A stretch of 64,000 bases of DNA from Acidocella sp. 20-57-95 (GTDB lineage: Bacteria > Pseudomonadota > Alphaproteobacteria > Acetobacterales > Acetobacteraceae). This document shows, piece after piece, positions 8,807 through 18,631 of this stretch. The notes beneath the pieces are model-generated. The model was not told the DNA's origin. It was given only the letters and a program-made list of their open reading frames with translations, and made no database searches. The DNA lies in contig NCAT01000003.1 in the NCBI GenBank assembly GCA_002255575.1, forward strand, positions 126,341-190,340, written 5' to 3'. A program made the translations under genes and the position numbers. Each line of letters begins with the position of its first letter. Within the stretch, counting starts at the first letter, position 1.

Positions 8807-10372
8807 GCCCCAAAACAACCGGCTTTTGCGAAAGGCGCGCCAGGTGTCCGAGAGCTTGGCGTCATCGGCAGTGGCGCTGTGGCTGCACCAGCCAAGGATG
8901 ATGCCGGCGGCCCGGGTATCATTGCCGGTAAGGTGGCTGACGGTTTCGGTGGCGGTGATAAGGTCGTTGAAGCGGCCGAGCTCGTCTTGCAGGGCGGCGG
9001 CGGCTTTTAAGTAGGCGCGGGTTTGCGATTTGCTGGGAAAAAGCGGGCCGAATAGATCGGCAGCGTAGCGGAGCTTTTTTAAGTCAATCCGCAGCTGGTG
9101 GCGGTCATGCGGCGCAAGGGTGGCCAGATGCTTGCCACGTTTGAGAAGTTTATTGTGCAGGCGGGCGAGGTTTTGGCTGGCAAAATCCTGCGCGGGGGCG
9201 GTCAGGCGCGGCAGCGCTTCGCCGGATAGCGCATTGCGCCAGCCATAGCGGGCGACGAAGGCTTGTACTGAGAGCACGAAGCGCGTGGTGCTGGGGGCAG
9301 CAAGAAGCGCGCGTACTGTTTCGTAAGCGGCGGCGCGGCGGCGCTCACAATCGGCCAGGATGGCCGCAAATCCGGGCTCGTTCGGGAAAGCGGCAACCGG
9401 GCCTTGGCGCAGCAGGTTTAAAAAAACATCGAGGTTGCGGGCCTCTCCCATCAGGGCCGCGACATTTTTGGCTTCGGCGCGAAAGACAAGGAATTCCGGC
9501 GCGGGAAAGGCGTGGTGGAAAAGCCCGAGCATGGCCCTTAAGCGGCGCATTGCCACGCGCATCTGGTGAACCGCGCCGATTTGGTCGCCATCTTCAAAGG
9601 CCGGCCAGTTGGCGGCGAATTGTGTGAGGCAGCCATTAATCCCCTGGGCGATCGCTTCATCAACGGTAGGGTTGCCTTGAAGGTCAGTCTTGGCACGCGC
9701 GGCTTCAGGGGATTTGCCGGTTGCAAGCATAGCCCCGCGGTCTGACTTTGCGAGGCTGCTTAAACGAACTGGATATTGTTCGGCGAGTGCAATGCCGAGC
9801 CGGTACAAATCGGCACTATCGCCCGCTTTCAGCTCCATTTCGATTTCGCGGATCGGCCGGCTGATACTACCTGCAATGATGAAACCGGAATCGAACGCCA
9901 CCTCAATATCGCTGGTGGCAGTCTGCACGCGCTGCGTGAGGCGGCGGATATCAGTTTCATAGACCGCAGTGAGAACCCGGTCTTCGATGACGTCTGCGAT
10001 CATCGCGGCGACATTGGGGCCAAATAAAGCTGGGTCGGGCTGGTTGTTGAGGGTGGGGATTTCAATTTCGCCACGCTCGAACAGACCGCCCGACAGACCG
10101 CCACTCCATTTCAGTGTCATCATATAGCCGCGGCGCTGGCCACGCATACGGAGGACCATTTTGTGGCGCTGCAAATCACCACGGGGCGTATCAAAATACA
10201 CGGTGCGCAGGCGTTTGGAGGGTAAGCGCCGTCCGGCAGCGCCAAGCGCTGACCATTTTTGGCTGGCCTTAAAGCCGGAGTCGCTTACCAGGAATTTTAG
10301 CTCAAGCTCGCGGTTTATCGGCTTCAGGAGCGGAATAATTGGGCTGACCGGAACCAGATTGGTATCGAGCAA
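8804..10372 (-). CDS. CYTH plus CHAD domain protein
   Basis: ELELKF and EIEMELK CYTH motifs; HQMRVAMRRLR and HQLRIDLKKLRY CHAD motifs. Confidence 0.9.
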   Translation of the reverse strand: MLDTNLVPVSPIIPLLKPINRELELKFLVSDSGFKASQKWSALGAAGRRLPSKRLRTVYFDTPRGDLQRHKMVLRMRGQRRGYMMTLKWSGGLSGGLFERGEIEIPTLNNQPDPALFGPNVAAMIADVIEDRVLTAVYETDIRRLTQRVQTATSDIEVAFDSGFIIAGSISRPIREIEMELKAGDSADLYRLGIALAEQYPVRLSSLAKSDRGAMLATGKSPEAARAKTDLQGNPTVDEAIAQGINGCLTQFAANWPAFEDGDQIGAVHQMRVAMRRLRAMLGLFHHAFPAPEFLVFRAEAKNVAALMGEARNLDVFLNLLRQGPVAAFPNEPGFAAILADCERRRAAAYETVRALLAAPSTTRFVLSVQAFVARYGWRNALSGEALPRLTAPAQDFASQNLARLHNKLLKRGKHLATLAPHDRHQLRIDLKKLRYAADLFGPLFPSKSQTRAYLKAAAALQDELGRFNDLITATETVSHLTGNDTRAAGIILGWCSHSATADDAKLSDTWRAFRKSRLFWG

Positions 10373-10439
10373 AATTCACCCTGATGAATAATGAGGACTG
10401 AAACGCTACAGGAGAGTGACAGTAAAAAGCAATTACTCT

Positions 10440-11624
10440 CTAGGTGCCATGATCCTGATCAATTCGGCTGCTGAGGCGTTCCGCTGCAAATACAAAAATC
10501 CCTGAGGTCAGGGCGGCGACAGTGCCGATGCCAAATAGCAGCTGGTAGCTGCCGGTGGCATGAAACAAAGTGGAAAAAGCGGCAGCCGTGCCGGCTTGAA
10601 ACACCGCATAGGTCATGGTGGCCAGTCCCCAGTTGGCGGCAAGCTTGCTTGGCTCGACCAAGCTCGCGATCGCGCCGGAGGTAAGCAACACCGCCCCTAA
10701 GCCCATAGCGCCCACGCCAGCGGCTGAGACTGCCAACCAAACCTGGTTGCCTGTGAGCAGTGGCACGGCCACCGCCGCCGCCATAATCACATAGCCAAAG
10801 GTGAGTGTGCGCAGAAACCCAAAGCGGTCAGCAATGCGGCCCAAAATTGGTGGCCCGAAAGCGGCGGCAATACCAAGAACGGCTGAAACATCCGCCCCGG
10901 CAGCAACGCCACGTTGCAGGCCGATGGCGATGAAGCTGGCCAGAAATAACATATGCGGAACAAAGCCAAAAGCGCACAGCGAGTAGCCGATAATCAGCAA
11001 CAGGACAGGCTTATTGAGGACCTGCTTGCCTGGTTTTTTTACGGCGGGGGTGATGATGGCAGGCGGCATCATAAGCCAAACCGCGATCGTCGCTGCGAAG
11101 CTGAAAGCGCCCAGCATTGCCCAGGTCGCCGGCAGACCAAAAACCAAAATCCGCGGAATCAGCAGGCCGGAGACTAGAATGCCGGTACCCATCCCCGCGA
11201 AGGTAATGCCCCCCACCTGCCCGCGCTTGGCAGGCGGCGCCCGGCCCACCACGGCGGCGGCCATCAGCACCATCAGCCCGCCACCGGTAATGCCGGTCAG
11301 CAGCCGCCAAATAGCGGCATAGAGAATCCCGCCATTAAAGGCCGAGGCGACCAGGCTGAAGGCAGTCAGCCCCATTAACACCGTGATCGCGGCGCGCGTA
11401 TGGATAGGTTTGTGCCAAGCGCGCATGGATGCAGCACCGATAAGATAGCCAACAAGATTGACGGTCCCCAGCCAGAAGGCGGCAGAGGCGGTGAACCAAT
11501 GTGCCGCCACCAGGGCCGGAACCAAAGGCGCGTAGCCGAAGCGGGCGATCCCTACCCCCACCAGCATTGCCAACAACCCACAACTGGCCGCTCGGTAAAG
11601 CGGGAATGACTGTTCAGTTTCCAT
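10440..11624 (-). CDS. MFS transporter, YbfB/YjiJ-like
   Basis: GIARFGYAPLVP motif, about 12 hydrophobic segments, LGRIADRFG. Confidence 0.85.
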   Translation of the reverse strand: METEQSFPLYRAASCGLLAMLVGVGIARFGYAPLVPALVAAHWFTASAAFWLGTVNLVGYLIGAASMRAWHKPIHTRAAITVLMGLTAFSLVASAFNGGILYAAIWRLLTGITGGGLMVLMAAAVVGRAPPAKRGQVGGITFAGMGTGILVSGLLIPRILVFGLPATWAMLGAFSFAATIAVWLMMPPAIITPAVKKPGKQVLNKPVLLLIIGYSLCAFGFVPHMLFLASFIAIGLQRGVAAGADVSAVLGIAAAFGPPILGRIADRFGFLRTLTFGYVIMAAAVAVPLLTGNQVWLAVSAAGVGAMGLGAVLLTSGAIASLVEPSKLAANWGLATMTYAVFQAGTAAAFSTLFHATGSYQLLFGIGTVAALTSGIFVFAAERLSSRIDQDHGT

Positions 11625-11745
11625 GCCCCCGTACTTAGGGGACAGCTATGCTGCCAGGAAGGGAGGCAAATTCACCCCAGCCATGGCGTTGCAGCCTATA
11701 GGTTGATATAGAACGCTCTCATTTTACGAATCTATAAGGACGCAC

Positions 11746-12473
11746 ATGGCCCGCCGCCGGCAGCTTTACGAAGGCAAAGCAAAAATCCTGTTTGAAGGGC
11801 CGGAGCCCGGAACCTTGGTGCAATATTTCAAGGAATCACCGGCAAGGGTGTGCTGAATAACCGCATCAGCGAATTCCTGATGATCAAATTGGCTGAGATC
11901 AACATCCCGACCCACTTCATTCGCCGCCTGAATATGCGCGAGCAGTTGATTAAAGAGGTCGAGATTATCCCGATTGAGGTTGTGGTGCGTAATGTGGCTG
12001 CCGGGTCGCTTTCCTCGCGTCTTGGCATTCCGGAAGGCACCCGCCTGCCCCGCAGCATTGTGGAATATTACTATAAAAACGACCAGCTCGGTGACCCGAT
12101 GGTGGCCGAGGAGCATATCACCGCGTTCGGCTGGGCCACCCCACCGGATATGGATGATATTGTGCATCTGACATTGCGCATTAACGACTTCCTGACCGGA
12201 TTATTCCTCGGCGTTGGTATCACGCTCGTTGATTTCAAAATCGAGTTCGGCCGGTTGTTTGAAAACGAAGATATGCGGATTGTGCTGGCCGATGAGATCA
12301 GCCCGGATAATTGCCGCCTGTGGGATGCCAAGACCAACGAGAAAATGGACAAGGACCGGTTTCGCCGCGATCTTGGCAAAATCGAAGAAGCCTATCAGGA
12401 AGTGGCGCGCCGCTTGGGGATTCTCCCCGAAGCCGGCACCCGCGACATGAAGGGCCCGGAGATGATGCAATGA
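11746..12473 (+). pseudogene. purC: SAICAR synthetase with internal deletion and frameshift
   Basis: ATG 11746 reads [29 protein letters not shown] then stops at 11854-11856; the PurC frame resumes at 11835 ([10 protein letters not shown]) and continues to VDFKIEFG and LADEISPD. Confidence 0.85.
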
Positions 12474-12712
12474 AGGCGATTGTTACCGTTATGCTGAAAG
12501 ACGGCGTACTGGACCCGCAAGGCAAAGCCATTGGCCACGCCTTGAACAATCTGGGTTTTGCGCAGGTAGGCGATGTGCGTGCCGGTAAAATCATCGAGTT
12601 GGAATTGGCCGAAACCGACGCTGCCAAGGCCAAGCTGGCGGCAGAAGATATGGCGAAAAAGCTGCTCGCCAATCTGGTGATTGAAAGCTTTAAGGTCGAG
12701 ATCGCGGCTTAA
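12470..12712 (+). CDS. purS: FGAM synthase subunit PurS
   Basis: [13 protein letters not shown] and LLANLVIE motifs; ATGA overlap with purC. Confidence 0.95.
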   Translation: MKAIVTVMLKDGVLDPQGKAIGHALNNLGFAQVGDVRAGKIIELELAETDAAKAKLAAEDMAKKLLANLVIESFKVEIAA

Positions 12713-12753
12713 GTTTGGCCCAAGGGCCTTCAGCAAATTTCAAGGTTTTCGTC

Positions 12754-13416
12754 ATGCTCCAAACCGGCATTCTTCTCTTCCCCGGCATCAACCGCGAGCG
12801 CGATATGGCGATTGCGGTTGAGCAAAGCTTTGGCCGTGCGCCGAAGATGATCTGGCATAAGGAAACTGACCTGTCCGGCATCGACCTGGTGATTATCCCC
12901 GGCGGCTTCTCCTTTGGCGATTATCTGCGTTGTGGCGCGATGGCGGCGCAGAGCCCGGTGATGCAGGCGGTGAAAGCCCATGCGGCGCGCGGTGGCTATG
13001 TGCTGGGCGTTTGCAACGGCTTCCAAATTCTCACCGAAGCCGGGCTATTGCCGGGCGCATTGTTGCGCAATGCGGGGCTACGCTTCCTCTCGATGGATAC
13101 CATGCTGCGGGTTGAGCGTAACGACACAATCTTCACCTCGCACTACCAAAAAGGCCAGGTGTTCCGCGCGCCGATGGCGCATGGCGATGGCAATTACACC
13201 GCCGACCCCGCCACGCTGGACCGGCTGGAGGGCGAAGGGCTGGTGGCGTTCCGCTATGCTGATGGTAACCGCAATGGCTCAGCACGGGATATTGCCGGGA
13301 TCTATTCTGAAAATCGCCGGATTTTGGGCCTGATGCCTCACCCTGAGGATCTGGTGGACCCGCTGATGGGCGGGATCGATGGCAAACCACTTTTTGACTC
13401 ACTGGCAGCCGCATGA
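12754..13416 (+). CDS. purQ: FGAM synthase glutaminase subunit
   Basis: [25 protein letters not shown]; start moved to ATG 12754. Confidence 0.95.
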   Translation: MLQTGILLFPGINRERDMAIAVEQSFGRAPKMIWHKETDLSGIDLVIIPGGFSFGDYLRCGAMAAQSPVMQAVKAHAARGGYVLGVCNGFQILTEAGLLPGALLRNAGLRFLSMDTMLRVERNDTIFTSHYQKGQVFRAPMAHGDGNYTADPATLDRLEGEGLVAFRYADGNRNGSARDIAGIYSENRRILGLMPHPEDLVDPLMGGIDGKPLFDSLAAA

Positions 13417-15590
13417 AGCCCGTTAATATTGAACTCGCGAAATCCTTTGGTCTGAACGCTGAGGAATACGCCAAGGTCCTCGAAATTATGGGCCGCACGC
13501 CGAGCTTTACCGAGCTTGGTATATTCTCGGTGATGTGGTCGGAACATTGTTCCTATAAATCTTCCCGCGTCTGGCTGAAAACCCTGCCGACCAAGGCACC
13601 CTGGGTGATCCATGGGCCGGGCGAAAATGCCGGCGTGATCGATATCGGTGAGGGTCTGGCGGCGATTTTCAAGATGGAATCGCACAACCACCCCAGCTTC
13701 ATCGAGCCCTACCAGGGTGCAGCCACCGGTGTGGGTGGCATTTTACGAGATGTGTTCACTATGGGCGCCAGGCCGATTGCGAACCTGAACGCCTTACGTT
13801 TTGGCGACCCAAAACTGCCGGTTACCAAGCGCGTGGTGGATGGCGTGGTGCGCGGCATTGGCGGCTACGGCAATTGCGTCGGCGTGCCGACCGTGGGTGG
13901 TGAGGTGAATTTCCACCCCGCCTATAATGGCAACCCGCTGGTGAACGCCATGACGGTTGGTATTGCCGCGACTGATAAAATCTTTCTCTCGGCGGCGGCT
14001 GGCATCGGCAACCCCGTTGTGTATGTCGGCTCCAAAACCGGCCGGGACGGTATTCATGGCGCGACCATGGCCAGCACCGAATTTGATGCCAATTCCGCTG
14101 AAAAGCGCCCGACCGTGCAGGTGGGCGACCCGTTCACCGAAAAACTCCTCATCGAAGCCTGCCTGGAACTGATGCAGACCGACGCGATTGTGGCGATCCA
14201 GGATATGGGTGCGGCTGGCCTCACGTCCTCATCCGTCGAAATGGCCGGCAAGGGTGGCGTGGGCATTGAACTGACGCTCGATAATGTGCCGCAACGTGAA
14301 ACCGGCATGACTGCCTATGAGATGATGCTCTCGGAAAGCCAGGAGCGGATGCTGCTGGTGCTCAAGCCCGAGCGTTCCGACATGGCGCGCGCGATCATTG
14401 AGAAATGGGATTTGGATTACGCCATTATCGGTAAGATCACAGATACGGGGCGCATCGTCATCACCCATAAGGGCGTGGTAGAAGCTGATATTCCGCTGGC
14501 ACCATTATCGGATGAAGCGCCGCTGTATCATCGCCCGATTATTGAAACACCAAAGCCCGCACGACTCCGCGAAACGCATGACCCGGTTGGTTTTGAGGTG
14601 GCGTTGTTGAAACTGATCGGCTGCCCGGATCTCGCCTCGCGCCGTTGGATTTTCGATCAGTATGATTCCACCGTGGGCGGCCAGACAGTAAAACGCCCGG
14701 CGCAGGCTGATGCCGCCATCGTGCGGCTGGAAGGTACCAACCGTGCCTTAGCGATCACGACTGATTGCACGCCGCGGTATTGCGCGGCGGACGCTGAAGC
14801 TGGTGGTGCACAAGCCGTCGCAGAAGCCTGGCGCAATATTACCGCCACCGGCGCCGTGCCGCTGGCGGTGACTGACAATATGAATTTCGGCAACCCGGAA
14901 AAGCCCGAGATCATGGGGCAATTTGCCGCCGCCATTAAAGGGATGGGTGCGGCCTGTCTGGCGCTCGATTTCCCGGTCGTGTCCGGCAATGTCTCGCTCT
15001 ATAATGAGACTGAAGGCAAAGCGATTTTGCCAACGCCTGCCATCGGTGCAGTTGGCGTATTGGCAGACGTTTCGCTTGCCACCGGCATTGCCATCGCGCC
15101 TGGGCAGGAACTGGTCCTGATCGGTGAAACCAAGGGTGAGCTTGGCCAATCGCTGTGGCTGCGGGAAATCCTGGGGGCGGAAGACGGTGCGCCGCCGGAA
15201 GTTAACCTGCTCAATGAACGCGAAAATGGCGATTTCGTACGGGCCCAAATCCTCTCCGGCGCCGTCAAAGCCTGTCATGACCTCTCCGATGGCGGCCTCG
15301 CCGTCGCCCTCACCGAAATGGCGCTGGCGGGTGACACCGGCATCATTTTGCACCCCGCCCCGCCGCATTTGCCCGCCCACGCCTATTGGTTTGGCGAAGA
15401 CCAGGCCCGCTATGTTCTGGCGGTTACCAACCCGCATGACATCCTCACCGCCGCCCACGCGGCCGGCATTCCGGCACGGCATATCGGCCACACCGGCGGT
15501 AACAGTTTGACACTTGCGGGCAGCAACTCCATATCTTTGGCTTCCCTGCGCGACGCCAATGAGGGCTTCTTTCCCGCCTGGTTCGCCTAA
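13413..15590 (+). CDS. purL: FGAM synthase subunit PurL
   Basis: [38 protein letters not shown]. Confidence 0.97.
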   Translation: MKPVNIELAKSFGLNAEEYAKVLEIMGRTPSFTELGIFSVMWSEHCSYKSSRVWLKTLPTKAPWVIHGPGENAGVIDIGEGLAAIFKMESHNHPSFIEPYQGAATGVGGILRDVFTMGARPIANLNALRFGDPKLPVTKRVVDGVVRGIGGYGNCVGVPTVGGEVNFHPAYNGNPLVNAMTVGIAATDKIFLSAAAGIGNPVVYVGSKTGRDGIHGATMASTEFDANSAEKRPTVQVGDPFTEKLLIEACLELMQTDAIVAIQDMGAAGLTSSSVEMAGKGGVGIELTLDNVPQRETGMTAYEMMLSESQERMLLVLKPERSDMARAIIEKWDLDYAIIGKITDTGRIVITHKGVVEADIPLAPLSDEAPLYHRPIIETPKPARLRETHDPVGFEVALLKLIGCPDLASRRWIFDQYDSTVGGQTVKRPAQADAAIVRLEGTNRALAITTDCTPRYCAADAEAGGAQAVAEAWRNITATGAVPLAVTDNMNFGNPEKPEIMGQFAAAIKGMGAACLALDFPVVSGNVSLYNETEGKAILPTPAIGAVGVLADVSLATGIAIAPGQELVLIGETKGELGQSLWLREILGAEDGAPPEVNLLNERENGDFVRAQILSGAVKACHDLSDGGLAVALTEMALAGDTGIILHPAPPHLPAHAYWFGEDQARYVLAVTNPHDILTAAHAAGIPARHIGHTGGNSLTLAGSNSISLASLRDANEGFFPAWFA

Positions 15591-15611
15591 AGCTTAAAAG
15601 GACACCGCATT

Positions 15612-15845
15612 ATGGCCATGCCTGCCAGTGAAATCGAGGCGCTGATCAAAGCCGCCCTGCCGGACGCGCGGATCACCATCGAAGATTTGGCTGGCGATAA
15701 TGACCATTTTGCCGCTACGGTCGTTTCTGAAGCGTTTCGCGGAATGTCCCGCGTGCGCCAACACCAACTCGTTTACGCGGCGCTGCAAGGGCGCATGGGC
15801 GGCGAACTTCACGCACTCGCCCTGCAAACCTCAGCCCCAGAATAA
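15612..15845 (+). CDS. bolA: BolA family protein
   Basis: DHF, F.GMSRVRQHQLVY and LHALAL motifs; adjacent to grxD. Confidence 0.9.
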   Translation: MAMPASEIEALIKAALPDARITIEDLAGDNDHFAATVVSEAFRGMSRVRQHQLVYAALQGRMGGELHALALQTSAPE

Positions 15846-15854
15846 GGATAAGCC

Positions 15855-16193
15855 ATGGACAACCCCGTCTTCGCCGAAATTCAGTCCTACATCGACTCCT
15901 CGCCGGTCATGCTGTTCATGAAAGGCACACCGATGTTCCCGCAGTGCGGCTTCTCCGCCCGGGTCATCCAAATCCTCAAACATGCCGATGTGCCCTTCAA
16001 AACCGTCAACGTGCTCGAAAACCCCGAGGTGCGCGAAGGCATTAAGGAATTCTCCAGCTGGCCAACCATCCCGCAACTCTACGTCAAAGGGGAGTTCATT
16101 GGCGGCTGCGATATCATCACCGAAATGTACCAATCCGGCGAGCTGCAAACGCTGCTAACGGAAAAAGGTATCTCCCATAACGCGGCTGCCTGA
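15855..16193 (+). CDS. grxD: Monothiol glutaredoxin
   Basis: PQCGFS and WPTIPQLY. Confidence 0.96.
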   Translation: MDNPVFAEIQSYIDSSPVMLFMKGTPMFPQCGFSARVIQILKHADVPFKTVNVLENPEVREGIKEFSSWPTIPQLYVKGEFIGGCDIITEMYQSGELQTLLTEKGISHNAAA

Positions 16194-16204
16194 GTGGCGG
16201 CTAG

Positions 16205-16369
16205 GTAAGGCCAGGGGCTCTGCCCCTGGACCCCGCCAAAGGCTTAGCCTTTGGAATCAATTTGTAGGGACTAAGAAAACCGGGTGCGCCGAGGTGTTGA
16301 AACACCATTGGGCACTCGGTTTTTTTAATCTTGGCGGGGCCCAGGGTTGGCGCTCCTGGCCTTCCTTAC
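16205..16369. repeat. Composite palindromic element, copy 2 (right arm partly deleted)
   Basis: GTAAGG...CCTTAC termini, the same two-hairpin arm and the same central GGTGTTGAAACACC hairpin as 6349-6538. Confidence 0.85.
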
Positions 16370-16391
16370 CGGCACTCAAGACACCCGCCTT

Positions 16392-17633
16392 ATGAGACTT
16401 GCCTTCATCACCGATGAGTTGCCGCGGGCGGGGGTGGCCGGGCATTTGGCGTTTAATGCGGCGGTAACCCATTGGCTGCGGGCGCAAGGGCACGAGGTTG
16501 TGGTTGTGTTGGTACGGCCCCGCCTGAGATGGCCGGTGGAGCGGTTTATAAATGGGGCAGTGGTTGGGCCGGGGGTGGTTTATTGGGATGGCCGGGTGAT
16601 TTGTTGGGGGCCGCGTCATATCGCAGCCATTCTGGCCAAGCGGGCTTTGGCGTCGTTGCCGACATGGTTGGGCGAGATGCTGCGCACCCGTGGGCGGGGA
16701 CCACGTTATGGCATTGTCGATGCGATTTTGGGGGCTTTTTTAACGCCAGTGCAGGTTCGGTGGTGTGCGGACAAGCTGACAGCATTACAACCTGATGCGG
16801 TGCTGGTGGATACGATTTTCCGCAGCCCGGTGCTGGATGACCCACAGATTTGCCGAATGCGCCGTGTTATATTCACGCATGATTTGTTTCACCAGCGACA
16901 CCGCATTTTGGCGAGTGCGGGGTACCGCCTACATCCGGCAGAACTCTCGCGTGAGATGGAAGCGGTTTATTTAAATAAGGCGGATGTGATTTCGGCGATC
17001 CAGCCGGCTGAGGCGGCTGAGATCCGCACCATGTGCCCCAACCGGCAGGTGATTGTGAACCCCATGCCAGCGATCCCCTGCCCGCGCCCGGCGCATGTGC
17101 AAAGGCGGTCTGAGCGTCTGGTGTTTATTGGTGGCGATACGCTGCCCAACCGGGATGGTTTGCTGTGGTTCTTTGAGGAAATATGGCCGCGTTTGCGCAG
17201 TTGGCGCGCCACAGTGACATTGGATTTAGTGGGCGATTGCATTCAAAGTTTGCGATCCGTGCCGACAGGGGTTCATAGGGTTGGCCGGGTGCCCGATTTA
17301 GCCCGAATACTTCACGAGGCCCGTTTGGCGATATCCCCTTTACGTGTCGGCTCCGGGCTCAAGCTGAAAATTCTCGATTATGCCAGGCATGGCTTGAGAA
17401 CTGTGGCCACCCCAATGAGCCTAGAAGGTTTTGCGGACGACCCCCAGGCGCCCTTCATCACGGCGTCTGACAGTCTCGCATTTTCCGAGGCCATCCAAAG
17501 ATACCTTGCGGCGCTTGTATCAATTACGGATGAAGCGGAAGCCTTGCGGTATGTTGAACGCCATTACGGTATCGACAAATCATTCGGAAGCTTGACTGCG
17601 TATCTGGCGGCACCGATCAGACAGACGGTTTAG
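16392..17633 (+). CDS. Glycosyltransferase family 4 (GT-B)
   Basis: MRLAFIT start, LVFIGG..PNRDGLLWF, GSGLKLKILDY. Confidence 0.8.
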   Translation: MRLAFITDELPRAGVAGHLAFNAAVTHWLRAQGHEVVVVLVRPRLRWPVERFINGAVVGPGVVYWDGRVICWGPRHIAAILAKRALASLPTWLGEMLRTRGRGPRYGIVDAILGAFLTPVQVRWCADKLTALQPDAVLVDTIFRSPVLDDPQICRMRRVIFTHDLFHQRHRILASAGYRLHPAELSREMEAVYLNKADVISAIQPAEAAEIRTMCPNRQVIVNPMPAIPCPRPAHVQRRSERLVFIGGDTLPNRDGLLWFFEEIWPRLRSWRATVTLDLVGDCIQSLRSVPTGVHRVGRVPDLARILHEARLAISPLRVGSGLKLKILDYARHGLRTVATPMSLEGFADDPQAPFITASDSLAFSEAIQRYLAALVSITDEAEALRYVERHYGIDKSFGSLTAYLAAPIRQTV

Positions 17634-17669
17634 GCAGCGGCGAGCGGCAACGCAGATTTCTTGTTCGCG

Positions 17670-17684
17670 TTAACTACGGTTTAA
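17670..17684. promoter_or_regulatory. CtrA-type binding site
   Basis: TTAA-CTACGGT-TTAA, exact TTAA-N7-TTAA, ending 43 bp before the EAL gene. Confidence 0.55.
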
Positions 17685-17727
17685 TCATCGCCCGCGCATC
17701 ATTGCGCTATGCAACGAAGATTTTTTT

Positions 17728-18594
17728 ATGTCTCACCCATCGGCGATGCAGCTTGAACAATCTGCCGCGTTGGGCGCGGCTACTGAATATCTTACCGACA
17801 AGGACGCAAGGGAATTGCGCGTGCGGGCCGCGCGCCGGGATGTGACTGAGCGGCGGCGGATTGCTGACCGGTTAAAACAGGCAGTGCAACAAAATGGCTT
17901 CCTGCTGCATTACCAGCCTTTCATTGATTTGAAATCGGGCGTCATGCAGGGGGCGGAGGCCTCGATCAGGTTGCAACACCGGCGCCGGGGCTTGATCCTG
18001 CCGCATCATTTCATGCCGGTCGCCGAGCGGTTTGATGTTATTAACGATATTGGTGCCTGGATTTTACGCCATACTTGCGCGGACGCTGCGACCTGGCCTG
18101 CTTCCTATGCGGTAGCGGTCCGCTTGGCACATCGGCAATTGCGCAGCGGCCTGTTAATCAAACATCTGATCGAGGCGCTGGCCGCCTCTGGCATCGCCTC
18201 CGAACGGTTGGAGCTGGGGTTAAGTGAAGCGATGTTGATTGATGATGACGCCGACACGGTTTTCACCATTAAGGCGTTGGCAAGCTTGAACGTCCGTCTG
18301 GCGTTGATTGATTTTGGTGCTCACCATGCGCGGCTGGCGGCTTTGAAACGCCTGCCGCTCAGCACCCTGAAGCTCGACCGTTCATTGACCCAACGTTTAG
18401 GGCTTGATCATGGCGATACCGCCATTGTTCATGCAGCCGTCGAAGCCGGTCACGCCATGGGCTGCACCGTGCTGGCCGACGGGGTGGAGAGTGAAGCACA
18501 ATGTCGGCTGCTCACTGATATTGGGTGCGATGAGGCGCAGGGTTCCTATTTCGGCCACCCAATTACCGCCAATGAATTACAGTTAAAAATCTAG
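17728..18594 (+). CDS. Standalone EAL domain protein, catalytically degenerate
   Basis: YQP, EASIR, LKLDRS, GVE and QG recognisable, but N, E, DD and catalytic E positions are substituted. Confidence 0.85.
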   Translation: MSHPSAMQLEQSAALGAATEYLTDKDARELRVRAARRDVTERRRIADRLKQAVQQNGFLLHYQPFIDLKSGVMQGAEASIRLQHRRRGLILPHHFMPVAERFDVINDIGAWILRHTCADAATWPASYAVAVRLAHRQLRSGLLIKHLIEALAASGIASERLELGLSEAMLIDDDADTVFTIKALASLNVRLALIDFGAHHARLAALKRLPLSTLKLDRSLTQRLGLDHGDTAIVHAAVEAGHAMGCTVLADGVESEAQCRLLTDIGCDEAQGSYFGHPITANELQLKI

Positions 18595-18631
18595 CCTTGC
18601 GGTGCGGCCAGTTTGCCGCCACCTGACTGGC

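Noticed and set aside
8011-8922. 303-aa ORF antisense to the alkene reductase
   Set aside because: Shadow ORF from GC3-biased codon usage; no motifs.
10381-10404. CTGATGA...GAAAC hammerhead-like core
   Set aside because: The intervening ATAATGAGGACT cannot form stem II, and no stem III with a UH cleavage site can be built.
11833-11856. Programmed ribosomal frameshift in purC
   Set aside because: No slippery heptamer, and a frameshift would still omit about 13 conserved residues.
14748-15491. 247-aa ORF antisense to purL, and similar antisense ORFs in gltA, acnA, parC, lysC and ptsP
   Set aside because: Fully inside well-supported genes; typical of high-GC genomes.
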